From: Dimorphilus gyrociliatus
Taxonomy: Eukaryota > Animalia > Annelida
Length of the DNA: 64,000 nucleotides
Assembly: GCA_904063045.1 (NCBI GenBank)
Contig: CAJFCJ010000013.1
Coordinates: 1,346,156-1,410,155, forward strand
Direction: 5' to 3'
The notes under the pieces were generated by a model. That model had not been told where the DNA came from and did no database searches. It saw only the letters and a list, made by a program, of their open reading frames with translations. The first letter of the stretch is position 1, and each line of letters begins with the position of its first letter. Of this stretch, positions 12,666 through 24,419 are shown one piece after another. The position numbers and the translations under genes were made by a program.

Positions 12666-13357
12666 AGATTTTCCCTTTTTTTCCCTTCAATTAATTTTCA
12701 TATTGTAAAAAAGAAAACAAAGTAAAAAAGAAGAAAGAGATGATAACTTTTTCTATTTTTTTCTTTTTTCTTATCTACCCGATAATTCCTTTTTAATTTT
12801 TATCAAATGCCGATCGCCGTTCGTTTAGAAAAATGAAGAAAACTATCTTTGATATTTGAAAATATTATGTGACTTTTTAGTTCGTTGTATATCTTGATTT
12901 TTTATCTCTATGCTATTCATTCACAAAAAAAAACGATTAAACCTTTCTTCCCTTTTTTCCTCTTTCTTCGTTTCTTGTATTTACTCTGTCATTCTCTTTC
13001 TTTCTGAAGATGTTTCTGTCCTTGGTACAATTATTTCCTTTTCTAGGACTATTCGTCACTTGTCTATATTCCCCTCCTATCTTTTCCTCCTCCTTTCTCT
13101 CTCTCTCTCTCTCTCTCCCTCTCTCTCCTCCTTCTCCTCCACCCTTTAAATTGCTTCATGTCTTTTCTATATCTTGACGTCTGACAATAGACTCTTTTTT
13201 CTCATAGTTTTTACCGTATCTCTCATTCTTGCCACAACTTAATTTACAATCCCTCCTCTTTCGATTCTGTTTCTCTTTTCATCTACCCTGCTCTTTTCAC
13301 TTCATCTAAATATGGTTATATTTTATCTAATTCTAAACGGCATCTCTACAATATCAG

Positions 13358-13627
13358 ATGGCGTTCAGAAAGTGCTTATCTGCTGGTGGGATTCTCCTAT
13401 TCTTAGTTTGCGCTTCGAATGTTGATAATTTATTCGCCATGGCTTTATGTTCTGGTTGTGAAAATAAGAACAACTGTCAAGCTTGTTTCAAGGAATATTT
13501 ACCGAGATTTGGAAAGAGGGATGATAGTAACTTTGAGAGTCGCAGAGCAAGTCAAGAAAAGAGACTCGATTTCTTCAATCTCTTGAAAGTGTATGAAAAA
13601 TTGAACGAAAATGAAAATCTAGATTAA
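13358..13627 (+). CDS. CCRFamide-type neuropeptide precursor 2 (89 aa)
   Basis: Signal-like N-terminus, C-x2-C-x5-C-x2-C then EYLPRF-GKR, further KR site. ATG directly after cag acceptor; AATAAA at about 13666. Confidence 0.8.
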   Translation: MAFRKCLSAGGILLFLVCASNVDNLFAMALCSGCENKNNCQACFKEYLPRFGKRDDSNFESRRASQEKRLDFFNLLKVYEKLNENENLD

Positions 13628-13703
13628 ATGTTGTGTTAATATGAAAATCTGTAAGAGAATATTTCAATAAAACAATAGTGTGGAAAATTGTTGATAAGCA
13701 AGC

Positions 13704-16554
13704 TTATTTGTTAGGTTTATTTATGAAACGTAAATTCAAGTAGGCTAAAATTCGAAACAATAATATATAGCCGATTGGCGCCACAATGTTAAGCCATAGT
13801 GGCATAATATCTCCCTGTTTCTCGACAATATCATCTCCGCTTATTGTATTCGTACTATTGGTTTTGCAAACGTTAAATGCTGTTTCATTGGACGGAGCAC
13901 ATTTAAGAGGATCCCCGTATTTATATTCAACTATAAACAATCCACCAAATCCATAGCCCATCAAAGAGAGATATCTTAGCCATACTATGGCTTTTGGTAG
14001 TTGGCGAACGAACCATCCGCCAGCCAACATATTTGTCAACATAACTATGGCAGTACTTGCGAGCAAGGTTTTGAAATCCGTGAAAAGAGTTCCAAGAAAG
14101 ATTGCAATACCTTGAGCAGATATAGTTGTGAGAATTGTTAAGGCGATCCACATAAAAAAGTTTCCAGCACTGGGCATCAAATTCATAACCCAGTACATCA
14201 AGATCAATTGGCCAACAGGCTTAATCAAATGTAAAGGTATTTCGCTAATGTATTTAGCCATCATGAAAGCCGATAACCGGTAAGCGCCGGATGATCTTTC
14301 TCTATTGATTATTTTACACTCTGTCGGATCTAATTTAAAGTAGAAAACAAAAATGAAATAAAAAAAATGACTATTATTTAAAAAAAAAAAATGTCAGCAA
14401 ATTTACTTACATGAAGTAATAGATTGAAAAACAGCATTGAATTGGGTGTGTATGGCAATGAAGAATATCTAGAATAAAAAAAAAATGGAAAAATAATAAG
14501 AATCATTTCCTTAAATTAGAAATTCTTTGAGAAGATAAAAATTAATTGGTTTTAGCGAGGGACTTACAGCTCCAGTTCTATCAGCAAGTCTTTCCTCAGT
14601 TCTTGGTATTCTAAACCAAAATATCGATGCTATCGCGGCAACTAGAAATGTCTAATAAAAATGAATTCTTTTTGTTAATTCTCAGAAAAAAAATAACCAC
14701 ATCTTGTCTAATACTTACAAAAGTTAAATGTATATTACTTAGCAGTTGACCTCTGGCTGATTTGAAATTTCGTTTTCCAAGGGCAAGGAATTGAGTTACA
14801 AAACCAGTTGGCCACTTCAAGTCTAATTCATTGCTTCTATTATTTCTTTTCTCATCATCTAAACATGTATGTATTTCAAAAAAATAAAAAAATAATATAA
14901 GAAAAGATTTATTTAAGAAGGAAATAAATTTATCTTCTTGTCTAACCTTCGACAAGTGTACTGGAAGACTTCTTCATTTCCGTTTCCTCACCAGTCTCCG
15001 CATCTTGTGTTTGTAATATATTCCTTTAAAGAAAAAAATGATTCATATAATTATAGATAGAAAGAAAATGATGCAATAAATATGATATGAACATTAAACA
15101 CTGTATATATAGTTTTATTCCCCTAGTACTTATGTAATTTTTTGTATTTTATCTTTACGAAAAAAAAAATTAACCTATTTTCATAAGCTTCTAATAACAC
15201 TTTCTTTGCATCGGCGTCTTTAGCTTGCTCAACTGAAGAAAAATTATAGAATCAACTATAATTATCGTTTATTTGTAACAAATATTTAACCAGAAAGAAT
15301 TTACCTGCTACCTGTCATTCATCCCATGAGCAGATAGCTCTTTCTAGTTTAGTAAACATTTTGTATTGTGGACAGTTTGTATACAAAGTCGACTTACGTA
15401 AATGGTCAGCGGGATTATAGTTGGCTGAACAGGGTAGACCAATTTTTTCGAAATAAGGAACAACGTGAACTCTATCACCGAAATATCCTAACTGTATATA
15501 TTAAAAGTTTTTCTAATTGTTATTCACTTATTAATAAATGAATATATGTATAAAAGCATTTTTTATTACCCTTCCATCGACTAGAAGCATTATGTTATGA
15601 AACTTTGAAAATATATGACTACTTGGTTGATGAATAGTTGTTATAATCGGTAGACTTTTTGTTGATGAATATTCCTCTAAGGCTGCAAATAAATCAGTGG
15701 CAGCTCCTGAATCTAATCCAGTAGTTGGTTCCTAAAACATTTTATATTACGTATATTTAATTATTATAATACAATATCAACCAACATCAAGTAACATGAG
15801 TTTAGGATTGTTAAGTAGTTCGCAAGCTATACTCGCTCTTTTCTTTTCACCACCAGATAAACCTCTCATACTAACTCCTCCCATAACTAGGGTAATTAAA
15901 AATGATTAATGAATTTTCTTTTTTCTTATTTTATATGTCTTTACCAGTATCAATACAGTTCGTCAAGCCTAATACTTCAACAATTTCATCAACTTTCTTA
16001 AGCTTTTCCCTTTGACTCATACTGTCCGATAACCTTATTGTAGCGGTAAACTATTTATAGGAGGAAGAAAAACAAAATGAATTAATAATGTACTATAAGT
16101 GATATGGAATTCTTCAAATAGAACATTTTTAAAAAACACATACTGTTAAAGTTTCTCTCAGTGTTAACGCCTCGAAGAACAAATCTTGCTGCATTACGTA
16201 GCAAAATTTCCTTCTTATAGATTTATTAGGTACTTTTCCATCAACTAGAAGTTCGCCTGTATAAGAACATTGACTCCTTCCAGAGAGAATATTCATTAAA
16301 CTGGTTTTTCCTGCCCCACTTGGCCCTAAAATAGCTAAAATTTCCCCTGGTTTACATTCTCCTGATACATTGAAGAGAATTTGTTTCTTTTCCTTCTTTT
16401 TGGTCACTACTGACGCATTTATATTCTGGAACTGGAGGTGAAAACCTTGTTGTATGAGTTTTTTTCGTTCTTTTCCATCTGTTTCATCTAAACTATTAAA
16501 AAGAAAATGATATTTATTTTGGTAGTCAATGCGGGCTTTTATATTACAGATCAT
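13704..16554 (-). CDS. ABCG (white-family) half-transporter; start codon uncertain
   Basis: Walker [10 protein letters not shown], signature LSGGEKKR, Walker B MLLD|EPTTGLD, H-loop TTIHQP, C-terminal membrane domain (ORF 13704-14264); NBD-TMD order typical of ABCG. Confidence 0.92.
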
Positions 16555-18006
16555 TTGACCCAATTAATTTCGCTAAATAACTCATTTGATAATCTTTAGG
16601 CGGCCTTTTCTGAATTTTTTCAAACCGGAACTGTGGTGCAATACCGAGAGTAGACTCAGGGTGTCAAGGACGTTTCGTTAATATATTAGGGTTTATTAAG
16701 ATACGCCATCTCACGGTCTAAGACGTCTCTCACTTAAATAATTCTTTGTAATTTCTTTTGTATTGTAATATTTTAAAACAAAATATTGTGTCATCGAAAA
16801 TATTAGAACATTTAAATCAACATAACTGCGTCATTACTATCAAATCTAAAGCTAATATTAATAGAAAGCATGACAGAGATTGATCGTTTCATTACGAAAA
16901 TATGCAGAGTCATAACGTATTAGTGTATTACCTAAAAGCTTGGTTATCGTGGCCTTGATTTTTCTCATCTACTGGAATGTGATATATTGAAGATCTTTCC
17001 ATAGTTGAACACTAAAGTGATTATGAACAATTTTATTAACAGTAGAGTAAAACTATTGAACAGATCTTCTTTCGTTGAAGAAAGTTTAGATATGTAAATT
17101 CTTTCTCTATATATATTTCTTTATAAACTATTAGCCTATATGATAAGATTACTTATCTATTTCTCGCAACATATTGTGCAACAAGAGTCAAAAAATATCA
17201 CTTTGACATGTGAAAAATAAGAGAGCTAGTACAACGGATCTGTACATGCCGAATATTGCGAAAGAGATTGCAAATAGGTCAAGTTCTATTTTGTTGGAAT
17301 TTATAGAAAACAAACTTATTCTACAAAGTGTTTTGTTTATGCTAAAAAGTAATCTTTAATCCCATTTTAATCAATAATAATTAAAGTAGCATTACTACTT
17401 TAAAATTAAAATTAAATAGAAGAAAGAATAATTTTGTTCGAACATATTTTGTTCTTTTTGTGGAATATGCTCAAAGAAAATAAAAAAATTGTATTCTTTT
17501 CATATTTCTTTGGTTTATAGTTGCAAAGTGTTTTCATAATTCTTTTCTTTATGATTATATCACATATACATATAATCTATATATATATATATATGAATTA
17601 TAAAGAAACAGATAAAATAAGTGAATAGTTCTTTTTATGTTGCATATAGAGATAAATTAGAAATGTTCAGAATATATATATATGTTAATATTATTGAATA
17701 AAACTTCTATTGTTTTCAAAAGACCACTTGATGACTTTTTTATCTTTTATGTCACAATTACATTTTAAATGTTGAGATAAAGACTAATTTATATTAATAA
17801 ATGGTAACGCATTTAGATACAAGGAGACAGGCAATGGCATTGATCTTTAAGTTGTATAATAAAGTCTATAAATTTGTAATTTCCCTCAAAAATAATTTAA
17901 TCATAAAGCATTATCAACATTCATCTTATCAGTGTCATTGACCGAAATAAGCTTGAAAAAGAAGAATCCTTTTATTCTCTGGATAATAGATATAGATTTT
18001 TCTTCT

Positions 18007-19673
18007 CTAAACAGTTTCATAACAGTCAGACAATCTTCTGGATGCTCGTCGTAATTTTAACCTTCTACGTATTTCGGTATCGATATCGGAACAAGTTGCT
18101 AATAGGAAACAGGGTAGAAATAGCAGTACCCAAGGCCAACCAAAACCAAATATCAGAGATTTTACATCCGTAAAGATATGCCAGGGTTTTCTTTCTAAGA
18201 GTAGGAAAAGCATATTTAATCAATGAATAATCTTTTTCCTCTTAAACATACCTTTAGGTGCTTCTTCCGTTGGCATTTTCCAAAGAAAGTTTTTCCTATT
18301 GATTTTTGCATCAGTTGTTAAATCTGAGATTCTTGAAGATTCTGTTGACGTCAACTCACTCATCGTCTCCTTTTTATATAATTGACTAATTGAACTTTTC
18401 CTAAAGGTTCTTCCATTCGACACTGTTGTTTGTTTTATAGTTGTTGGGAATTTTGTATCAGATTCTATTGAGGTTAGATTTTCAGTTTTTTGAGCTTGTG
18501 TTGTTAAAATACCATGAGTCATAGAAATATTTTGCTCTGTTGCCGATTCTATAGTTGAACTTCTCTTCCAAGAAGATGTAATAATTGAGGACAAAAGTCC
18601 TTGAGAAGTCGAAATAGCTTGTTTTCGCCTCGTTGAAGGAAAAGTCGATAATCTTGTCGATACATGGAAACGTGAACTTTCCAGGGTTTGAGAACTACTT
18701 TCAATCTTCAGACTGGTTTCCTTCTCCTTATCAGTTGTTGTTTGCCCCATACTAGTTGTAGTTTGGCCCAAACTAGTTGTAGATTCAGGAATAGTAGATT
18801 CACTTGTTGTATGTTTGCTACTTATAAGTTCAGTTGTCGTCGGTTCAGTAGTTGTAGATTCAGTGGTCAAAGGCACGGTTGTAGTTTCAACAGTTGGAGA
18901 TGTAGTTGGAGCTATTTAACACGTGCGAAAAAAGTACAAATTGTAATTTTGCCTGTCAACGTTTTCAAGTACAAACCTATTCCTTCACATATGAATTGAG
19001 TCGATTTATAACAATTACCATCATTCCAGTAGTGTCTATTGGCCAATTTAAGCTTATTATATGAATAAAATTCCCTCATGTACTCAATGCAATCTCCGTT
19101 ATCGTTTGGTTGGACATCGCAGTCTTGAATGATTAATTATCTTATTATATTTCACAAGCATTTAATTGAAAATTATTTACATTTAACGCTTGAACAATGC
19201 CCTGGAAACCAATCCAGAAAAGTGAATGGAATAGGTGTCTCATCCTCCCATCTAAAGGAATTTGACATTTTTTTATCATTACCGCTTATCCAATACGTTT
19301 TGGTTGATTGGCTAAAAATCTCTTGGCGAATAAATTCAGCTAGAATAAAAATACCTCAACTTTAAAAATAATTAACCTATTAAGAAGCAGCTCTACATAC
19401 CTTCTTCAGTGCTATCTATTCTAAATAGACCGGTATAACCATTACTTCTACAGGTATTTAGAGCGGTAGACCATGTTAAAGAATTACTCGAAATTGCGTA
19501 TTTCTTGCCAAATTTTTCCAATAATTTATAAACTATAAGATAAATATACCAATTGAATATTTCTATTTATTTATGATAATAAACAAACCATCAAGATTAG
19601 CCGCTTTTCCAGTATATAAGACGAAAAAGAAAAATATGTAAAAAGAAAGAGAAAGAAATGTCCATTTATCCAT
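18007..19673 (-). CDS. Type I membrane C-type lectin with Ser/Thr-rich mucin stalk
   Basis: Signal exon MDKWTFLSLSFYIFFFFVLYTGKAA; CTLD with LTWSTALNTC, YWISG, FRWED, WFPG, QPN...DC, WNDGNC...FICE; T/S-rich ORF 18220-18876; TM SLIFGFGWPWVLLFLPCFLLATC; tail ends YETV*. Confidence 0.85.
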
Positions 19674-20232
19674 TATTCATTGGGAATTCATGAGAAAATG
19701 ACTATCGTTTAAAGTTATATTTTTTCTTTAAAATTCCTAGAGATTTATAATGTATATGCTGGTAAAAAATCCATAAAATAGATACTTTTCCTTTTAGAGC
19801 GTTAAATCTTGTTGAATAAAAGTATTGGCAATGTATATATTTTCTAAATTAATAAGTCCTTCTAATTATTGAATTACTATTTTCTTATAATTCTATAAAT
19901 ATCATATTTGTTTATTAATTAATATACGATAAATATATACATAAATAATGTATATATATATAAGTCATAGATTCGCTTATATAACAAAAAGACATACACA
20001 TTTACAGATATGAATATATTCTACTTACTAAACAGTTTAATTGCAGAAAGAGAAAAGATCATGTAATCTTCATCAAATTGCTGGGTTTTTTTAAGTATAC
20101 AAAATGATTCACTTATCTTTTCTTTTTCTTCTCTCTTTTAAAAAAACGACAAAATAGTAAAAGAGATTGAGAAGTTCTGAGGAGTACCGTTGCGTCACGT
20201 GGAATATTTTATCCTGTTTCTCACTGTTTACC

Positions 20233-20277
20233 CTCTGTGTCTCTGTCTCTGTCTCTCTCTGTCTCTCTCTGTCTCTC

Positions 20278-20368
<91 letters not shown>
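20233..20368. repeat. (TC)n / (TCTG) microsatellite
   Basis: Long pure TC run about 20286-20368 with degenerate flank. Confidence 0.98.
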
Positions 20369-20372
<4 letters not shown>

Positions 20373-20608
20373 CCGCATCTCATTCTTACTCTTTCTCTTA
20401 CCCATATCTCTCTCTTCCCCACTCATTCTCTCACTCGCTCTCTCTCACTTTAGTCAATTGAACGGCAAGCCAAAAGCTGATATAAACATTAAAAAAAGCT
20501 ATTTTCTAAGATAAAAAAAAATTAAACAGAATTAAAGTTCCCGACACCACCCCTTCCCCTTCGCCCCCTCACCCCTTTTTCGTAGGGTTATCTTTCTTTG
20601 GCGAACTA

Positions 20609-21734
20609 TCAAAGTCTAGGTTTTTTCGCTTTTCTTCCTTTGTCGCGTGATTTTCTGTACTTTTTACATTTAGATTTAAGTGTTTTTCTATTCAATGACT
20701 TCATCCACTTTTTCTTCTTATCATAACTAATAATATGTTCAACGATATAGCTTCCCTTTTTTCTAGATCCAAACAGCAATTTCAAACCGCTTTTTATACC
20801 TCTACAACCATTACACCTTAAGATTAGACGCTTCTTTCTTAGTTTTTTCGATCCTTGAATTAACTTCCTTTTCGAGGATGTTTGTAAGACCTTCCTCGAA
20901 TTAATATTAATCAATCTGGTCCTTATCACTGCAGAAAAAAAAGTTTGCAAATTTATAAAGACATTCTTTCCAGTAAAATTGAATTATTTTTTATGACAAA
21001 CAATCTTTTTTTAAATCATGATTCGAATTCTAATAAGTTTTATTACGCCGTATCTACTTTGTTACTCTTTTAAGTGAAAGGCTTACGGAATTTTGAGGAA
21101 CATATCATCCTATTTGAAGGCTTTGTATTCATTTCGCATTCACCGCAAGAATTATCTGGAAAGTGAAAGAAGAATTTCATTATTAAGGTCGAAAAAGGAA
21201 ATAACTAAAATAATTACTGTTCATCTTTTTAATGATACTGTCGGTTGGTCTTACGGCTATACGTGCTGTAGGAGTGGTCTTTTGTGCTGCTTTTGGTGCC
21301 CTTACACAAGGATCCTTTTCCTCAAATTTGCTGCAATTCAAAATTACTGGCCAAGAATACCGATGCTTTTTCATTATAGGTTCACAGTGTCTTCTCGTAT
21401 CCTCACATAAACTTCTGCAAGGTTTTACTAAGGGATCGAAGCAGAGTGGAGCGAATAGAGTACATAAGAAGAGTCTTGTATGGGGAAAACAATTCTGATC
21501 GACAAGCTGAAGCCATATAGTTGACTGGGAAACAGCTTCGGGTACTGTCTCATGATCCAAAAGATTCGGTAAAACCATTTGAGTATAATTCAAATCCTTG
21601 CATAGTGACATATTTGATGGTATGTCGATGCAACGCCTATTTGAACGTATTTCTGAAGACATGGACCAATCTTCCCATTCTGCCGAAGCCAACATCCGTA
21701 GGCCGATGGCAATGAAGAACAGCAATCTATGCAT
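20609..21734 (-). CDS. SFRP1/2/5: Secreted frizzled-related protein (sFRP1/2/5 type), 3 exons
   Basis: Signal peptide; frizzled CRD (CIDIPSNMSLC..LPNLLDHET..FLCTLFAPLC..PCRSLCE..WPVILNCSKF); basic NTR-like C-terminal domain; no TM segments. Confidence 0.92.
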
Positions 21735-22783
21735 AGTTCTCTCTTTAAAAAATTCTCACGCCGACTGATATCAGTCTAGTTTCTCAATTTGGTCAGCGGC
21801 CAATCAGCGAAGCCAAACCCACGGCTGTTTGCAATCAGTAAAGTTTTTGTAAGTCTTCTTAAGTTTCGCCCGATTGTTTTCTTTTTATTATCCGGTTCCG
21901 ACCTAGACAAACAATTTAGAATAGGGGAATAAATAAGAAAGATTTTCCGAATGAGGGTAAAAATTAAATTTTCCTACTAAATCATGATGATATTTAACGA
22001 GATATCCCATGCTTGATAGCACTTTTTCATTGAGAATATGATAATTTACTTTCTTATTCCCTAATTATTTTATTCATTAAATCTTTCCTATCTTTTAGTT
22101 TGTAAATATCTAAATAAACAATATATCTTTTAAACAGACAAACGAATAACCTTAGGAGTTACTGACAAACTGACATTCGAAGGAAATCATCACTCTGTTT
22201 TAGCGTTTTAAATTACTCCAATTAGAGAGTTTAAATAGCTTAACCTTCCTAGTCAGTCATATTAAATACATTAATATTATAATCAATGTATTTTTATATA
22301 GTTTTTTCATAGAGACTTTCTCTTAGAGAACTGAAATAACGAGACATACTAAACACGTTGAATCGTGTTTAAGAACTTCCTCTTACCTTCTCATAATGAA
22401 CAAGTTCTATATATAGAAACTTTCTGAGTATCAAACTTAGATATAAATTCTAATAAATGAGAAAGAATGGAAAAATCTGTCAGAATAGGCATATGTATTA
22501 AATCAAAGGCAAAAACGTGCCTATTTAAAATTCTCCAGAGTGAGAATAGCTAGAATATCAACTCCAATTTTCAATGGATGTACTAATGTACAAGGGATTA
22601 TTAAGATAAAGAGCTTACTTAACAAAAGAAGAAATATGATGGGAAGGAAAAGAAAAAGAAAGAAAATGAAATGATTAACGTTTTTTTCGCCCCAAATACA
22701 GAATAAAACTCCAAAATGCACTTGTGATTATTTATATAACAATCTGTTTATAATACGCTAAAGTACATACAGACAGAAGTGCG

Positions 22784-22784
<1 letters not shown>

Positions 22785-22818
<34 letters not shown>

Positions 22819-22860
22819 GCATACACACACGCATATACATGTATATATATATATATATAT
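22785..22860. repeat. Compound (CA)n/(TA)n microsatellite
   Basis: Direct reading. Confidence 0.95.
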
Positions 22861-24023
22861 AATAGTTTGTCAAGCAGAAATTATCTTTTGTTAAGACATG
22901 CGAAGTGTTTGTTAGATAAATTGCACTTTACTATCAGTTTATATTTTTATGCACTCAACGAACTTGACTGACTAGGTAACTGTGTACAGATGATGAATTG
23001 CTCTGTAACACTTTCTGACAAACTAGAAAGATATACCTCATTAATAGAAAACTTATATATTACTTCTTTTTACCTGCTCCTCTACAAACGCCAAGGTAGT
23101 ATTGAGTGAGCAAGAATGCAGAATAGAAATAATTAACGCTTTCCCTGCTAACGTTGTATCTAGGGAATAAATTTTCCCTTTTGTAAGACAGGGCATCCTA
23201 TGAATCCAAAATAATGAAGCCTAAAGCATTCTTTCGGGAAAAGGAAAGAATTCAATAATTAAAAAACTTTACCTAATTACCCAAACTCTTCTCTGAAGTG
23301 CGCATTTGTTTTCTTCATTCTAATGTTTACTCATGAACTTTTCCATCAAATTCTCTTTCTTTTCCCTATTTATTCGTTTTAATAAACAAAACAAAAGAAA
23401 AACAACTTGTCAACGTAAAATTGATTTGAATAATTAACTTTTCCGTTATTGAAGTTTATTAAAGAAAAGTGTGAAAAATTAATGAGAGGCACTTTTAAAT
23501 TTCTTTAATTTTTTCTCTTCGCTTCTCTATCTCAATCTTCCCCTTTTTTAGTCTATCTATCTCATTTTATCTTACTCACCCTCTTTTTTCTTCTTTCAAT
23601 CTTTCTACAGTCTTAATTAGTGCCAGATGCTTAAATTGAATTAATTTAGTAAACTTTCGCTTTAAAAATGTATTACGTAATCATTCGGTTAAAAAAGGTC
23701 AATCGTTTTAATTTTCTTTCTTATTTATTTACTTATTTATTCTGGACAGTAGGCCTATATTTCTTCTCAAAAAATAAAAAGTATTTTTTTTATAAGCAAG
23801 TAGAACATGAGAATTTTTTTTACTATTGTAAAAACAAAACAACAATATTCATTTAAATAAATATTTACTTAAACTATATCTTCGTAAACTTGTTTATCAT
23901 TTGAAAAAAAATAATAATTTATCCTTAACTTTTTTCTTATCTTTTATTATTTTCTCTTTTTCTCTCTTTACTGGATCATTTGAATCATTAACATTTTGTT
24001 TATAGAATAGAAGATGATATTGA

Positions 24024-24054
<31 letters not shown>

Positions 24055-24419
24055 TGATTGGTATAATTAACGTTTACGCATTTGTTCTATAAAAAGAACA
24101 TAGAACTATTAACATTCTATAAAGGAACCCCATATTGCGCAGCTGCTACTATAAGCGTTACTTATATAGGAATACGTTAAGTAAATATTATGCCGCCATC
24201 TACATTACAAAATATAAAATAGAGTAAAAAGAGCGTCTATTTAAATTAAAATCAAAATCATATTCTTTATATAAAATTTATCATAACTTTTGTTTTTAAA
24301 AAAAATGTCCAAAGTTGTATGGCTAAACAGGTTTTTAAAAATACGAAAAAGTGTTTTCGTAGTTACAACTTTCCTATGCTCACTTTCTTACCTTGCTTGT
24401 ACGTAGATCATAGTCAATA

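Noticed and set aside
20109-20514. Five overlapping ORFs with (ER)n or (SL)n runs
   Set aside because: They are translations of a TC/GA microsatellite, which is stop-free in all frames; no other coding signal.
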